From positions 2,240,001 to 2,304,000 of the forward strand of contig OZ242358.1 of assembly GCA_965208835.1 (NCBI GenBank): a stretch of DNA of 64,000 nt, given 5' to 3'. Of this stretch, positions 29,265 to 39,263 are shown one piece after another (position 1 is the stretch's first letter; each line of letters begins with the position of its first letter). Made by a program: the position numbers and the translations under genes. This DNA is from Candidatus Latescibacterota bacterium. Its GTDB lineage: Bacteria > Latescibacterota > UBA2968 > GCA-2709665. Below the pieces are notes generated by a model. The model was not told where the DNA came from. It did no database searches and saw only the letters and a program-made list of their open reading frames with translations.

Positions 29265-30104
29265 TTACGTATTCTCGTTACCGCTCGTTTCCCGGGCGGC
29301 CGACTCGACCATGGATTTCAGCGTTCTCAGGTTACGTTCCGCGGTTGACAACGCGTCTTCCATGGGAGGCGTCTCGAATACGAGCGGGCCCGAGTATCCC
29401 ACCTCGTTCAACGCCTTGAGACATCCGTCCAGATCGATCTCACCCTCCCCGACGTAACAGGGCGTCCGGTCTGTTCGCGGGTCTTTTATGTGGACCTGTA
29501 CAATCCGGTCCGTCAGACAGTGGATATCGGCAACCGGGTTACTGCCCAGCGTCTGCGCATTGCCAACGTCGAAGTAGGCGCCAACGTACGGATTGTCCAC
29601 CGCATCGATCAGTTCCATCATCTGTTCACCGGTCACGACGTGACTGCGTCCCACGTTCTCCAGGCCGATGTGGATGCCCTGACCGGCCGCCTGTGAAGCA
29701 ACGGCACGGGTTTCGTATGCCCAGCGATGGGCGGCCTCGCGTGGGGGCAGTCCCAGCGGATTCGTGACCGGAATGAGTATGGTTCTGATGCCCAGGACGT
29801 TACAGGCGTGAATGGCCTGGAACACGATCTGTTTGGCCATGAAGCGGTTCGCCACGTCCGGGTCGGCAAAGGTAAAATGCCAAAACGTGTGCAGACACAC
29901 GGAGAAGACGGGAACGCCCGCCGATTCGGCACGCTGCCCCAGGGCTTCGATATTGTCGTCGCTCCAGAGGTCGGAAGCGCGATACGTGCTTGCCCGGACG
30001 CCCAGTTCAACGCCATCGTAACCGAGCGCCTTCGCTCTGGGGAACACATTCACCCAGTCCGACTGGATTACGTCTTCCAGAATTCCGAATTTGAAACGGT
30101 CCAT
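29265..30104 (-). CDS. sugar phosphate isomerase/epimerase
   Basis: GYDGVEL, GLENV, YFDVGN, VHIKD, GEGEID. Confidence 0.88.
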   Translation of the reverse strand: MDRFKFGILEDVIQSDWVNVFPRAKALGYDGVELGVRASTYRASDLWSDDNIEALGQRAESAGVPVFSVCLHTFWHFTFADPDVANRFMAKQIVFQAIHACNVLGIRTILIPVTNPLGLPPREAAHRWAYETRAVASQAAGQGIHIGLENVGRSHVVTGEQMMELIDAVDNPYVGAYFDVGNAQTLGSNPVADIHCLTDRIVQVHIKDPRTDRTPCYVGEGEIDLDGCLKALNEVGYSGPLVFETPPMEDALSTAERNLRTLKSMVESAARETSGNENT

Positions 30105-30220
30105 TTACTTCCTTCCGGAAATCGACAGTAACGGTTGATCAGGATTCTCGTCTTTCCGCATCCCTCGCGAAAATGACGTCAGATCGGATCCGGAAACCGG
30201 ATTCCACTGCGTCCGGCTAA

Positions 30221-30379
30221 CAGTCCGTTGAGAAAGTCGCTCTGCAGGCGAGGCCGAGCCATTGTGGCCGAAGACAAGGCGCGCGACCGAGTCCCATCCT
30301 GCGATTCGGCGAGGGAGCGCAACGCAGTATTCGACCGCAATGGCCGGCCGTAGCCCGGATGGGCTTTTTCGACGGGCTG
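30221..30379. mobile_element. MITE family A, apparently full-length copy
   Basis: TIRs CAGTCCGTTGAGAAAG and CTTTTTCGACGGGCTG; exact 4-bp duplication CTAA. Confidence 0.88.
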
Positions 30380-30381
30380 CT

Positions 30382-30410
30382 AAAGTAAAAAAGGTCAGGG
30401 GTCCTGTCAA
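30382..30410 (-). promoter_or_regulatory. sigma70-type promoter (leftward)
   Basis: Minus strand TTGACA-17 nt-TACTTT. Confidence 0.6.
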
Positions 30411-30500
30411 CCGGATCGTTTATTCACGCAGGCGAATTATTCCCTGTTTCTTTTTCGGCCGGCCGGTGGATCGAATGGCATCGAGACGCCGTCATTCGGA

Positions 30501-30529
30501 TTGACATCGGGTTGTGGTCGGGGTATTAT
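30501..30529 (+). promoter_or_regulatory. sigma70-type promoter
   Basis: TTGACA-17 nt-TATTAT. Confidence 0.75.
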
Positions 30530-30555
30530 GGTCCGATTGTCGAGGAGGCTGTACG

Positions 30556-31332
30556 ATGAAGACAGCACTGTGCACGATTGCCTTTAAGGACCGGCCGTTC
30601 GAGGACGTCCTGGACCTTGCGGTCCAGGCCGGTTTCGACGGTGTCGAGCCGTGGGGAAAACCCCACCATATGCCCGCATCGTATAACGCGGAGGAAAACC
30701 GGCGGATCGCCCGGTCCATTCGGGAACGAGGGCTGGAGGTATCGCAGTACGGATCGTACATCAATCCTGTCTCGGCGGGATTTGAAAGGGAGATGGCGGA
30801 AGGGCTGGATACCGCATCGGATCTGGGTGCGAACAGGATCCGGGTCTGGGCAGGGTCCTGCGGTTCGGATGAGGCGACGGACGTGGACTGGCGGAACGCG
30901 GTCTCGGGATTCCGCCGGTTTGCCGACCGCGCCGGTGAACGGGGCATGAGCCTGGTACTGGAGATGCACCTGGGATATCTGTCAGACACCGCCGACGGTA
31001 GCCTGCGCCTGGTGGAGGGCGTGGCCCGGCCTAATTTCCTGCTGAATTTCCAGCCGATGTACACGGACAACGCCCGCCGCGTCATTGCGGTGGCGCGGCA
31101 GGTGGCGCCGCACGTGGCAACCGTACATGCGCAGAATTATGTTTCTGCGGGGCGAAACGCACGTAGCCTGATATCAGAGGGTTACGTGGACTACCGTGCG
31201 GTCGTCAGGGAACTCTCCGCAGCGGGTTTCGACGGATTTTTAGAAGTCGAATTTGTCCGGGATGACGATCCCGGGGCCGCACTGATGGCGGATGCCGGGT
31301 TCCTGCGCGGGTTGTGTGAGACAGCTTATTGA
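30556..31332 (+). CDS. sugar phosphate isomerase/epimerase
   Basis: AGFDGVEPWG, RIRVWAG, LEMH, GFDGFLEVEF; SD GAGGAGG. Confidence 0.88.
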   Translation: MKTALCTIAFKDRPFEDVLDLAVQAGFDGVEPWGKPHHMPASYNAEENRRIARSIRERGLEVSQYGSYINPVSAGFEREMAEGLDTASDLGANRIRVWAGSCGSDEATDVDWRNAVSGFRRFADRAGERGMSLVLEMHLGYLSDTADGSLRLVEGVARPNFLLNFQPMYTDNARRVIAVARQVAPHVATVHAQNYVSAGRNARSLISEGYVDYRAVVRELSAAGFDGFLEVEFVRDDDPGAALMADAGFLRGLCETAY

Positions 31333-31362
31333 CCATCAACCTATGGAACGGGAGGTCGGACA

Positions 31363-32118
31363 ATGGAACTGCTGCTGGTGTTTCTTGTATTCATGGCGGT
31401 CCTTGTAACGGTGAATTCGGCGCATGCCGAAGGTCGGCCGAGTTATACGATCTATCGCGCCGGAACTCCGGTAACGGTTGACGGACGGCTGGACGAACCG
31501 GCGTGGGTGGCCGCACCCGACGTGGGCGCGTTCGTCTTCCCGTGGTACAGCGACGGAAAGCGGGAGCAGACGGTGGCTAAAATGCTCTGGGACGATACCA
31601 GTCTGTACGTTTCGTATATCTGTGAAGACGCCCATATATGGGCGGACCACACCGAGCGCAACAGCGAAGTGTACGATGACGATTGCGTGGAGGTGTTTAC
31701 CGCCCCGGATCCGGACCGGCCGCACGTCTATTTCAATATAGAGATGAATGTTCTGAGCATCTTCCTGGACCGGTTCAATCCCAGGGGCGCCGGTGTGGTC
31801 GACGACACGGGGTGGCGGGCGCAAGGCATTCAGGTTTCAACGTTTGTCTGCGGCACGCTGAACGACGACGAGGATAGTGATTCGTACTGGGTCCTCGAAG
31901 CTGCCATACCGTTTGAGAACTTCGCCGACGTCGCGAAGAACACGCCGCCGGCGCCAGGCGACGTCTGGCACCTGAACCTGAACCGGCTGGGCGGCAGGAC
32001 CAACGCACAGTTCAGCCAGTGGTCCGCCAGCCGGACGCCGGAGCCGCAGTTCCATGCGCCGGACGATTTCGGGCGGGTCAGGTTCTCGGACGTTGCGAGT
32101 CCATTCTGGAAGCGATAG
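31363..32118 (+). CDS. secreted CBM9-like (DOMON) protein
   Basis: Signal peptide; VDGRLDEPAW, MLWDD, DDCVEVF, EAAIPF, FHAPDDFG. Confidence 0.85.
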   Translation: MELLLVFLVFMAVLVTVNSAHAEGRPSYTIYRAGTPVTVDGRLDEPAWVAAPDVGAFVFPWYSDGKREQTVAKMLWDDTSLYVSYICEDAHIWADHTERNSEVYDDDCVEVFTAPDPDRPHVYFNIEMNVLSIFLDRFNPRGAGVVDDTGWRAQGIQVSTFVCGTLNDDEDSDSYWVLEAAIPFENFADVAKNTPPAPGDVWHLNLNRLGGRTNAQFSQWSASRTPEPQFHAPDDFGRVRFSDVASPFWKR

Positions 32119-32191
32119 CGCTTCACCGGTCGGGGGTGGGTCGAACAACAGGGCGGCGGGCGCTGGGCGCCGCATTGGAAGGAAGCACCTG

Positions 32192-32944
32192 ATGCTGACA
32201 GCGCGTACAATCGTACTGTCCTGGCTGGTTCTGGGGAGCGCCGGCGCCGGTGTTGCGGACGAGATCCGGGACATTCAGGTACTCGTGGACCGCATGGACC
32301 GGTTGTACCGCAGCGAAACCAGCTTCGCGGAATTGGAAATGGAAATCCAGACGCCCCACTGGCGGCGGACGCTTCGGATGAAGATGTGGACCGAAGGGAT
32401 GCAAAAAACCTTCGTCACGATTCTGGCGCCGAAGAAAGAAGCGGGCACCGCGACGTTGCGCGTGGGCACACAAATGTGGAATTATTTTCCCAAAGTCGAT
32501 AAAGTGATCAAGATCCCGCCTTCGATGATGATGGGATCCTGGATGGGTTCGGATTTTACGAATGACGACCTGGTAAAGGAGAGTTCGCTGGCGGTGGACT
32601 ATAGGCCCGCCTTCGGGACGGCCGGAAGCGACTCGGTGTACGAAATCGTGCTGATTCCAAGGGATGAAACACCCTCGGTTTGGGGCAAGATCGTACTCAC
32701 GATACGGAAGTCCGATCTGATACCACTGTCGTACGTGTATTTCGACGAGCGCGGCGATCCGATGCGGGAGATGACGTTTTCAGATCCCACGGATTTCAGA
32801 GGACGTACTCTGCCTGCGGTTCTGGAAATGAAGCCCTTGAAGAAACAAGGGCACCGAACGGTAATACGATACCTTGATGCGCACTTCGACAGGGGCCTGC
32901 CGAAGGACACGTTTACCCATCGGAATCTGCGGCGCCGACGATGA
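32192..32944 (+). CDS. LolA-like outer membrane lipoprotein-sorting protein
   Basis: Signal peptide; EAGTATL, IKIPPSMMMGSWMGSDFTNDDL. Confidence 0.88.
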   Translation: MLTARTIVLSWLVLGSAGAGVADEIRDIQVLVDRMDRLYRSETSFAELEMEIQTPHWRRTLRMKMWTEGMQKTFVTILAPKKEAGTATLRVGTQMWNYFPKVDKVIKIPPSMMMGSWMGSDFTNDDLVKESSLAVDYRPAFGTAGSDSVYEIVLIPRDETPSVWGKIVLTIRKSDLIPLSYVYFDERGDPMREMTFSDPTDFRGRTLPAVLEMKPLKKQGHRTVIRYLDAHFDRGLPKDTFTHRNLRRRR

Positions 32945-33013
32945 ACGGGAAGCAGCGCGCCGCTGGGAGCGTTAATACGGATTCCTGGTGGGTTGAGAGC
33001 TGGAAGGTCGTCC

Positions 33014-34228
33014 ATGGTGCTCAGAATCGCGTTTCGGAATTGCTTTCGCCAGCGGCGGCGGTCGGTCCTGACCCTGGCGGCGATGGCGGGGGGTTTTGCG
33101 CTGTGTTCACTATCCATCGGGATTTCCGATGGCACCTATCTGGGGCTGATCGAGGCGTTTACCAGGGACCGGACGGGCCACGTACAGATTCACGGGAAAG
33201 GGTATCTTGACAAACCCACGCTTTACAATACCATCGACAATCCCGGTCGGTTGGGGGAGACCGTCGAGTCGTTGGACGTTGTGGAGGCATGGACGCCCCG
33301 GGTGTATTCTCCGGTGCTGGCCGCGGTGGACAACAAGACCGCGGGCGCGCGGATTGTGGGTGTTTTGCCCGGCCGGGAAGCACGGACGACCCGTCTAAAA
33401 TTAAAGGTAAGCGCGGGTCGGTTTCTGGCCATGCGTTCCGAGCCGGAGGTCATGCTGGGTTTTGGACTGGCGGAGTCGTTAGGCGCGACCACGGACGATG
33501 AGGTCATATTGATCGGGCAGGCAGCGGACGGATCCATTGCCAACGACGTTTACCGCGTTGTGGGAATTGTGGGCGACGGCAAGGATCCGTACCAGCGAGT
33601 GGCCTGTTATATGCACCTGAAGGAAGCGCAGAGTTTCCTGGAGCTGGGTCATCGTGTTCACGAAATGGCGGTTGTACTCGAGGACCCTTCGGCGTCGGTG
33701 CGTACTGCCAGTCAACTGAAGAGTCTCCTGGCCGGCGGCCAGGTCGCGGTCTCGCCGTGGCAGGTGGTAGAGAGGGCGTTTTATCGGGCAATGCAGGCCG
33801 ACGTCCAGGGGATGTGGATCTCGCTGGGCATCATCAACCTGATCGTGGCCATCGGTGTGCTGAATACAGTACTGATGGCTATTATGGAGCGCACACGGGA
33901 ATTTGGCGTGCTTCGGGCGCTGGGTACGCGACCAGCTACCGTGTTTCTCCTGATCCTGGGCGAGACCGCCTGTCTATCGGTTTTCGGCGTGCTGATCGGA
34001 GGGGGGCTGGGTATGATCTGCAACACGATCCTGGCAAAACACGGCATCGTCTATCCGACGCCCGTGGAATACGGCGGCTACGTTTTCGATCGGCTGATCA
34101 GTATGGTTTCGTTCCGGTCGGTCTGGATACCGGCGGTGCTGACCTTCGGCACCGCCGTTCTGGTGAGTCTGATCCCGGCGACGCGTGCGGCCAGAGTCGC
34201 GCCCGCACGGGCGATGCGGACTCATTGA
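33014..34228 (+). CDS. LolC/E (FtsX/MacB) family ABC permease
   Basis: AFRNCFRQRRRS, GHVQIH, ERTREFGVLRALG. Confidence 0.9.
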   Translation: MVLRIAFRNCFRQRRRSVLTLAAMAGGFALCSLSIGISDGTYLGLIEAFTRDRTGHVQIHGKGYLDKPTLYNTIDNPGRLGETVESLDVVEAWTPRVYSPVLAAVDNKTAGARIVGVLPGREARTTRLKLKVSAGRFLAMRSEPEVMLGFGLAESLGATTDDEVILIGQAADGSIANDVYRVVGIVGDGKDPYQRVACYMHLKEAQSFLELGHRVHEMAVVLEDPSASVRTASQLKSLLAGGQVAVSPWQVVERAFYRAMQADVQGMWISLGIINLIVAIGVLNTVLMAIMERTREFGVLRALGTRPATVFLLILGETACLSVFGVLIGGGLGMICNTILAKHGIVYPTPVEYGGYVFDRLISMVSFRSVWIPAVLTFGTAVLVSLIPATRAARVAPARAMRTH

Positions 34229-34323
34229 GCGGTGTTTGAAGCCGTCCCTTTTCGACCCGCCGCAGCACCTCGAACACCCGCGTGGTCGGGATGGGTACGG
34301 GCAATCCGATTGGTCCGCCTATC

Positions 34324-35550
34324 ATGTTGTTTTTGATCAAAATAGCCTGGATGAACTCCTTTCGAAACGCACGACGGACGTTGCTGGCCGGGCTCGCGAT
34401 CGGAATCGGACTGGCGGCGTTGATCTTTACGGACGGTCTGATGATCGGGATGTCCGACACGATCGTTCGGATTGCGACGGACACGTTCATGGGGCACGGG
34501 CAGGTACACGCGGAGGGCTTCAGGAGTACCCGCGATGTGGCGCGGGTCGTGAGGGGGCTGCCACGGGTGCTGGAGCGTCTGAGGAACGATCCGGAAGTGG
34601 AACGCATGACACTTCGCGTGCAGACGCCCGGTATGCTGGCCTCGCCGGCCACGTCCGGCACCGTGCTGCTCTACGGCGTCGACCCCAGTCTCGAAAGGCC
34701 GTTCTCCAGGGTGGACGAGGCCATCGTTGAAGGGTCGTTCCTCGAGCGTGCGGACCGGCGAAAGATCCTGGTGGGTTCGAAACTTGCCGAAGCGCTGGAG
34801 ATTGGTCTGGGAGACAGGGTGGTGGTGACAGCGGCGCAGGCGGAATCCGGAGAATTGGCCCAGGATATGTTCCGGGTCGGGGGGATTTTCCGCTTTGGCG
34901 TCCGTGAACTGGATGGCGGTGTGGGTTTCGCGCATATCGAGACCGTACAGCGCCTGCTCGGACTTCCGGATGAGGTACACGAGATTGCCCTTCATCTCAA
35001 GTCATTCTCGGGTACCGAGGCAATGGACGCCGGTTTCTGGTCGCGGTTTTCACGGAATGGAAACGAAGCCCGGAGCTGGAGGGAACTGATGCCCCAACTC
35101 AGCGCGATTCTGGACATGTCCGGGTTTTCGTCGTTGATTGTAGGCGTGATCCTGTTTGCGGTCGTGTCACTTGGCATTGTCAACACCCTGTTCATGTCGC
35201 TGCACGAAAGAATATTCGAGTACGGCGTCCTGCGCGCAGTGGGCACGAGTCCGGTGCGCATGGCGATGATGATCCTGTTCGAAGCCGGCGCACTCTCATT
35301 GCTCAGCATCCTGATCGGATGCGGTATCGGTTTCGCTGCGACGTTCCTCTATTCCGTTCTGGGAATCGATTACTCAGGCATTGAGTTTGCGGGCGTGACC
35401 CTGCGGGAGTTGATCTTTCCGGTCCTGCGGCTGGAGCAGTTCGTCCTGTTTCCGGTGTGTGTATTTCTGTTTACGCTCGTCGCCGGGATCTATCCTGCCG
35501 TTTTCGCTGCCCGGCTGAAACCCGCGCAGGCGATGAAGATGTACGAATGA
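34324..35550 (+). CDS. LolC/E (FtsX/MacB) family ABC permease
   Basis: AWMNSFRNARRT, GHGQVH, ERIFEYGVLRAVG, YPAVFAARLKP. Confidence 0.9.
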   Translation: MLFLIKIAWMNSFRNARRTLLAGLAIGIGLAALIFTDGLMIGMSDTIVRIATDTFMGHGQVHAEGFRSTRDVARVVRGLPRVLERLRNDPEVERMTLRVQTPGMLASPATSGTVLLYGVDPSLERPFSRVDEAIVEGSFLERADRRKILVGSKLAEALEIGLGDRVVVTAAQAESGELAQDMFRVGGIFRFGVRELDGGVGFAHIETVQRLLGLPDEVHEIALHLKSFSGTEAMDAGFWSRFSRNGNEARSWRELMPQLSAILDMSGFSSLIVGVILFAVVSLGIVNTLFMSLHERIFEYGVLRAVGTSPVRMAMMILFEAGALSLLSILIGCGIGFAATFLYSVLGIDYSGIEFAGVTLRELIFPVLRLEQFVLFPVCVFLFTLVAGIYPAVFAARLKPAQAMKMYE

Positions 35551-35578
35551 GCGAGAACCGGGGGAATGGGAGGGCCGT

Positions 35579-36283
35579 ATGCGTGGAGGTTCCGTGTTGA
35601 TCGAAGCGGAGGGATTGAGCAAGAGCTACCGCGTGGGGGAGGTTGACGTATCCGCGTTGAAGGCCGTGGACCTCAAGGTTGGGCGTGGCGAGTTCACCGC
35701 GATTGCGGGACCGTCGGGATCGGGAAAATCCACGCTGCTGAATATCCTGAGCGGACTGGATACGCCCTCCGCCGGCCGGGTGAGCCTGGCCGGTACGCCG
35801 ATCAGCGAGATGGGTGGACGCGTACTCTCCGATTTCCGCCGGGACCATATCGGGTTCATCTTCCAGGCGTACAATTTGATCCCGGTGCTCACTGTGCTCG
35901 AGAACATCGAATACGTCATGCTGCTGCAGGGCGTTTCGCGCCGCGTCCGCCGGGAACGTGTGCGGGAGATGTTGTCTACCGTGGGCCTGGAGGGGTTGGA
36001 GGACAGGCGTCCTCCTCAGCTCTCGGGCGGGCAGCAGCAACGCGTGGCGGTCGCCCGGGCGATGGTCTCGGGACCTGACCTGATTCTGGCGGACGAACCC
36101 ACGGCCAATCTGGATTCGGGCACCGGCGCCGCGCTGCTGGATCTGATGAGGGAATTGAACGAGCGCCGCGGGATGACCTTTCTCTTTTCTTCGCATGATC
36201 GAATGATCATGGATCGGGCCAAACGGCTGGTGGTGCTGAAGGATGGAAGCCTTGTACAGGATGTCACCCGGAGTGGGCCTTAG
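35579..36283 (+). CDS. LolD-like ABC ATP-binding protein
   Basis: GPSGSGKS, FIFQAYNL, LSGGQQQRVA, LADEPTANLD. Confidence 0.95.
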   Translation: MRGGSVLIEAEGLSKSYRVGEVDVSALKAVDLKVGRGEFTAIAGPSGSGKSTLLNILSGLDTPSAGRVSLAGTPISEMGGRVLSDFRRDHIGFIFQAYNLIPVLTVLENIEYVMLLQGVSRRVRRERVREMLSTVGLEGLEDRRPPQLSGGQQQRVAVARAMVSGPDLILADEPTANLDSGTGAALLDLMRELNERRGMTFLFSSHDRMIMDRAKRLVVLKDGSLVQDVTRSGP

Positions 36284-37709
36284 TGTCCTGTCCCAAAAAT
36301 ATCTAACCATTCGACCACCGATTCATCCCGTCTTGCTACGTTGCCTTCGCTCGCCGACCTTACGCAGGTCGCCTGCGCTCCGACGCTGGTTCCTGAGCCT
36401 GTCGAAGGATGCCAGCCGTGCGACTCGACGGCCGAATTCAGGCAACCTATTTCTGGGACAGAACACTGGAAATTCGCGCCCGGCAGCGCATGGGTTGTTC
36501 CTGTGTTTTCTGGTTTTTCTGGCTCTGATGCCAGCGAGGGGGGCGACGGACGAAGGCCGAATCAGGCTGAGCGGATATGCGAAGTCGTTTGTCATGTTGG
36601 AACAGCGGGTGTCCGTCCCCGATATCCGGAAACCGGAGCCCCGGCGGATATGGTTGAACCGCGTTCGCGTGAAGCTGTTCTGGCGACCGGCCCCGGTGTT
36701 GTCGGGCGAATTCGCGTACGATTTGTCTGCACGAGCCGCCCGGGCGCCGTCCGCGGGCGCGCCGTGGCTACCGGCGTCCGCGTTGTTCGACTACCGGGTG
36801 AAGGACCTCGGGGCCAGACTGTATCCCCGCGCTGACGGCACGGACCGCAGCTTAACCGTAACTCAGAATCTGGATCGGGCGCTGTTGACGGTTTCGCTGC
36901 CGAGCGCGGACGTCTACGTCGGCCGGCAGGTTGTCGCGTTCGGCTCGGCGCGAGCGGTGAATCCGACCGATGTCATCACGCCCTTTTCTCCAGAAGTACT
37001 GGACAGGGAAGAACGCGTGGGTGTGGATGCCGTCAGGCTGCGTGTGCCGGTTGGCATGATGGGGGAACTCGACGCCGGGGTGATTCCAGGATGGGATGTT
37101 TCGAAACAAAGTGGCGCCGGGTTTGTTCGCGGGGGGTTCATGGCGCACGGCGCGGACGTCCATGTGATGGCGTTGGGGTTCCGGGAGCATTTGCTTCTGG
37201 GCCTGGACGTGGCCGGATCGCTGGGGGACGCGGGAGCCTGGCTGGAGGCGGCGTGGACCAGAAAGCCGGACGGCCGTTCGTTTCTGCGGATTTCGACGGG
37301 ACTCGATCATCGAATCTCGAACGGAGTCTACGGAACCCTCGAGTATCACCTGAACGGGGCCGGTGTTTCCCGCACCCGCGACTATTGCACGCTGCTTGAG
37401 GACAGGACCTATGCCGCGGGTGGGGTCTTCCTGCTGGGGAGGCATTACGTCGCGCCAGGTCTGGCGTGGCAACTTACGCCGCTCTGGTCGGTTCGCATGC
37501 CCGTTCTGTGGAACCTCTCGGACCGGTCTGCGTTCCTGTCGCCCGCGATTGATTACGGATGCTTTCAGAATGGGACCGTCTCGGGTGGCGTACTCCTGGG
37601 GCTTGGCAGGGGTTCCGGGGCGCCTCCATCTCGTGCTTCGAATGGCGTGCAGTCGGAGTTCGGACCGTTTCCGACGCTTGGTTTCGTGTCCATGAGCTAC
37701 TATTTCTGA
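36261..37709 (+). CDS. outer-membrane beta-barrel protein of the Lol-like operon, with an in-frame MITE near its start
   Basis: LDRA, GRQVVAFG, NPTD, GVDAVR, C-terminal YYF; start codon uncertain. Confidence 0.7.
   Translation: MSPGVGLSVLSQKYLTIRPPIHPVLLRCLRSPTLRRSPALRRWFLSLSKDASRATRRPNSGNLFLGQNTGNSRPAAHGLFLCFLVFLALMPARGATDEGRIRLSGYAKSFVMLEQRVSVPDIRKPEPRRIWLNRVRVKLFWRPAPVLSGEFAYDLSARAARAPSAGAPWLPASALFDYRVKDLGARLYPRADGTDRSLTVTQNLDRALLTVSLPSADVYVGRQVVAFGSARAVNPTDVITPFSPEVLDREERVGVDAVRLRVPVGMMGELDAGVIPGWDVSKQSGAGFVRGGFMAHGADVHVMALGFREHLLLGLDVAGSLGDAGAWLEAAWTRKPDGRSFLRISTGLDHRISNGVYGTLEYHLNGAGVSRTRDYCTLLEDRTYAAGGVFLLGRHYVAPGLAWQLTPLWSVRMPVLWNLSDRSAFLSPAIDYGCFQNGTVSGGVLLGLGRGSGAPPSRASNGVQSEFGPFPTLGFVSMSYYF
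36282..36467. mobile_element. MITE family C copy
   Basis: TIRs AGTGTCCTGTCCCAAAAAT and ATTTCTGGGACAGAACACT; similar to the reverse complement of 60831-60987. Confidence 0.85.
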
Positions 37710-37802
37710 TGGCCGCGGCGTACAGCGAAATGGCATTTCGCGCTACGGAATTAAGAGCCGTCGTGCCAAATGATCACGTCGAACCTTGAAGTGGAGAGAT
37801 TC

Positions 37803-38846
37803 ATGACCGATCGAAACGAAGCCGCACGCTTGCATAGGGACGCCCTGGTGATCGATTCGCATAACGACGCGATCGTCAACCACATTCGCCGGGGGAATCT
37901 GGGTTTTTCCGGGAATCCCCCGCCGGATGGAGACCGCCGGAACGCCACCGTGGCCGGATTGAGAGGGCGCTTGGATCGGTCGGACATCGAATCACCGGTA
38001 CAGATCGACTTTCCGAAAATGCGAAAGGGAGGCGTGGATGCCGCTTTCTTCGCCGTAGACGTCACACTTGCGGTGAAGAACCATCTGACCTATGCGCTGG
38101 ACGCAATGGGGTTTTTCGACTCGGAAATGGAAGCGCACGGTGCCGACGTGGTATTGGCGAAATCCGCGGCCGATATTTCGCGCGCGAAACGGGAAGGCAA
38201 ACTGGCGGTCGTGCTGGCAATCGAAAACAGCGACGGGGTAGAGGGCAGCATCAACGTGCTACGCATGCTGCACAGGGTGGGCGTGCGCTCGATCGGACTG
38301 ACGCACGACGTCAGCAGCCTGGCCGCGGACGGAAATGCCGAGGCGCGCAGCCGGGGCGGACTGACGCGTTTCGGCGTGCGGCTTGTGGAAGCAATGAACA
38401 ACCTGGGAATGCTGGTGGATGTTTCTCACATCAGCGATGCGGGATTCTGGGATGTGATGGAGGTTTCGCAAAAGCCGGTGATCGCTTCCCACAGCAATTG
38501 CAAGTCGGTGTGCGACCATCCAAGAAACCTGAGCAACGAACAGATCAGGGCGCTGGCGAAGAATGGTGGATCGATGGGCATTACGTTCGTACCCCGGTTT
38601 GTCGACAAGACGGCGCCATCGTTCGCTCGCCTTCTTGACCACGTAGACCACGCCGTCCAGCTGGTCGGTGCCGACCACGTGGGCATCGGATCGGATTTCG
38701 ACGGCGGGGGCACGTTGATGGAGGACGCGACCTCGTTTGCCCTGATTACCGTGGGACTCCTGGACAGGGGTTATTCGGAGGCCGACGTCCGCAAGATTCT
38801 CGGCGGCAACCACCTCAGGGTCTTTTCAGAAGCAGTAGCGAACTGA
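37803..38846 (+). CDS. membrane dipeptidase (peptidase M19)
   Basis: IDSHND, GGLTRFG, VDVSH, ASHSN, HPRNLS, IGSDFDG. Confidence 0.93.
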   Translation: MTDRNEAARLHRDALVIDSHNDAIVNHIRRGNLGFSGNPPPDGDRRNATVAGLRGRLDRSDIESPVQIDFPKMRKGGVDAAFFAVDVTLAVKNHLTYALDAMGFFDSEMEAHGADVVLAKSAADISRAKREGKLAVVLAIENSDGVEGSINVLRMLHRVGVRSIGLTHDVSSLAADGNAEARSRGGLTRFGVRLVEAMNNLGMLVDVSHISDAGFWDVMEVSQKPVIASHSNCKSVCDHPRNLSNEQIRALAKNGGSMGITFVPRFVDKTAPSFARLLDHVDHAVQLVGADHVGIGSDFDGGGTLMEDATSFALITVGLLDRGYSEADVRKILGGNHLRVFSEAVAN

Positions 38847-38936
38847 AACCGGCCCGCGACCGCAATCGGCCCGATCGCGACGCTGTCTCAGGCGGTCTCG
38901 GGTAACTCCCAGCGGGTTCCGCCGATCCGGGGTTAT

Positions 38937-39260
38937 CAGCCCGTTGAAAAAGTCCATCCGGGCTACGGCCGGCCCTTGCGGTCGAAATACTGCGTTGCGC
39001 TCCCTCGCCGAATCGAGGGATGGGACTCGGTCGCGCGCCTTGTCTTCGACCACAATGGCAAGTGTTCCGACCCGGAGATAGATTGCCGAGATTCGACCGC
39101 CGAGTCGCCCGGCTGGCAAGGCGCCTGAGCAAGGAGACCTGTCCGTGGTCGCCGAGCGAAGGCAACGCCACCAGACGGGATGAATCGGCGGATGAATGGT
39201 GACATATTTCCGGGGCGGGACACCATGCCTCGCCTGCAGAGCGACTTTATCAACGGACTG
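38937..39260. mobile_element. MITE family A copy (reverse orientation) interrupted by a family C element
   Basis: Matches the reverse complement of 30221-30379 on both sides of an insert. Confidence 0.85.
39061..39224. mobile_element. MITE family C copy nested in family A
   Basis: AGTGTTCCGACCCGGAGATA ... TATTTCCGGGGCGGGACACC; collinear with 60831-60987. Confidence 0.85.
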
Positions 39261-39263
39261 CTG

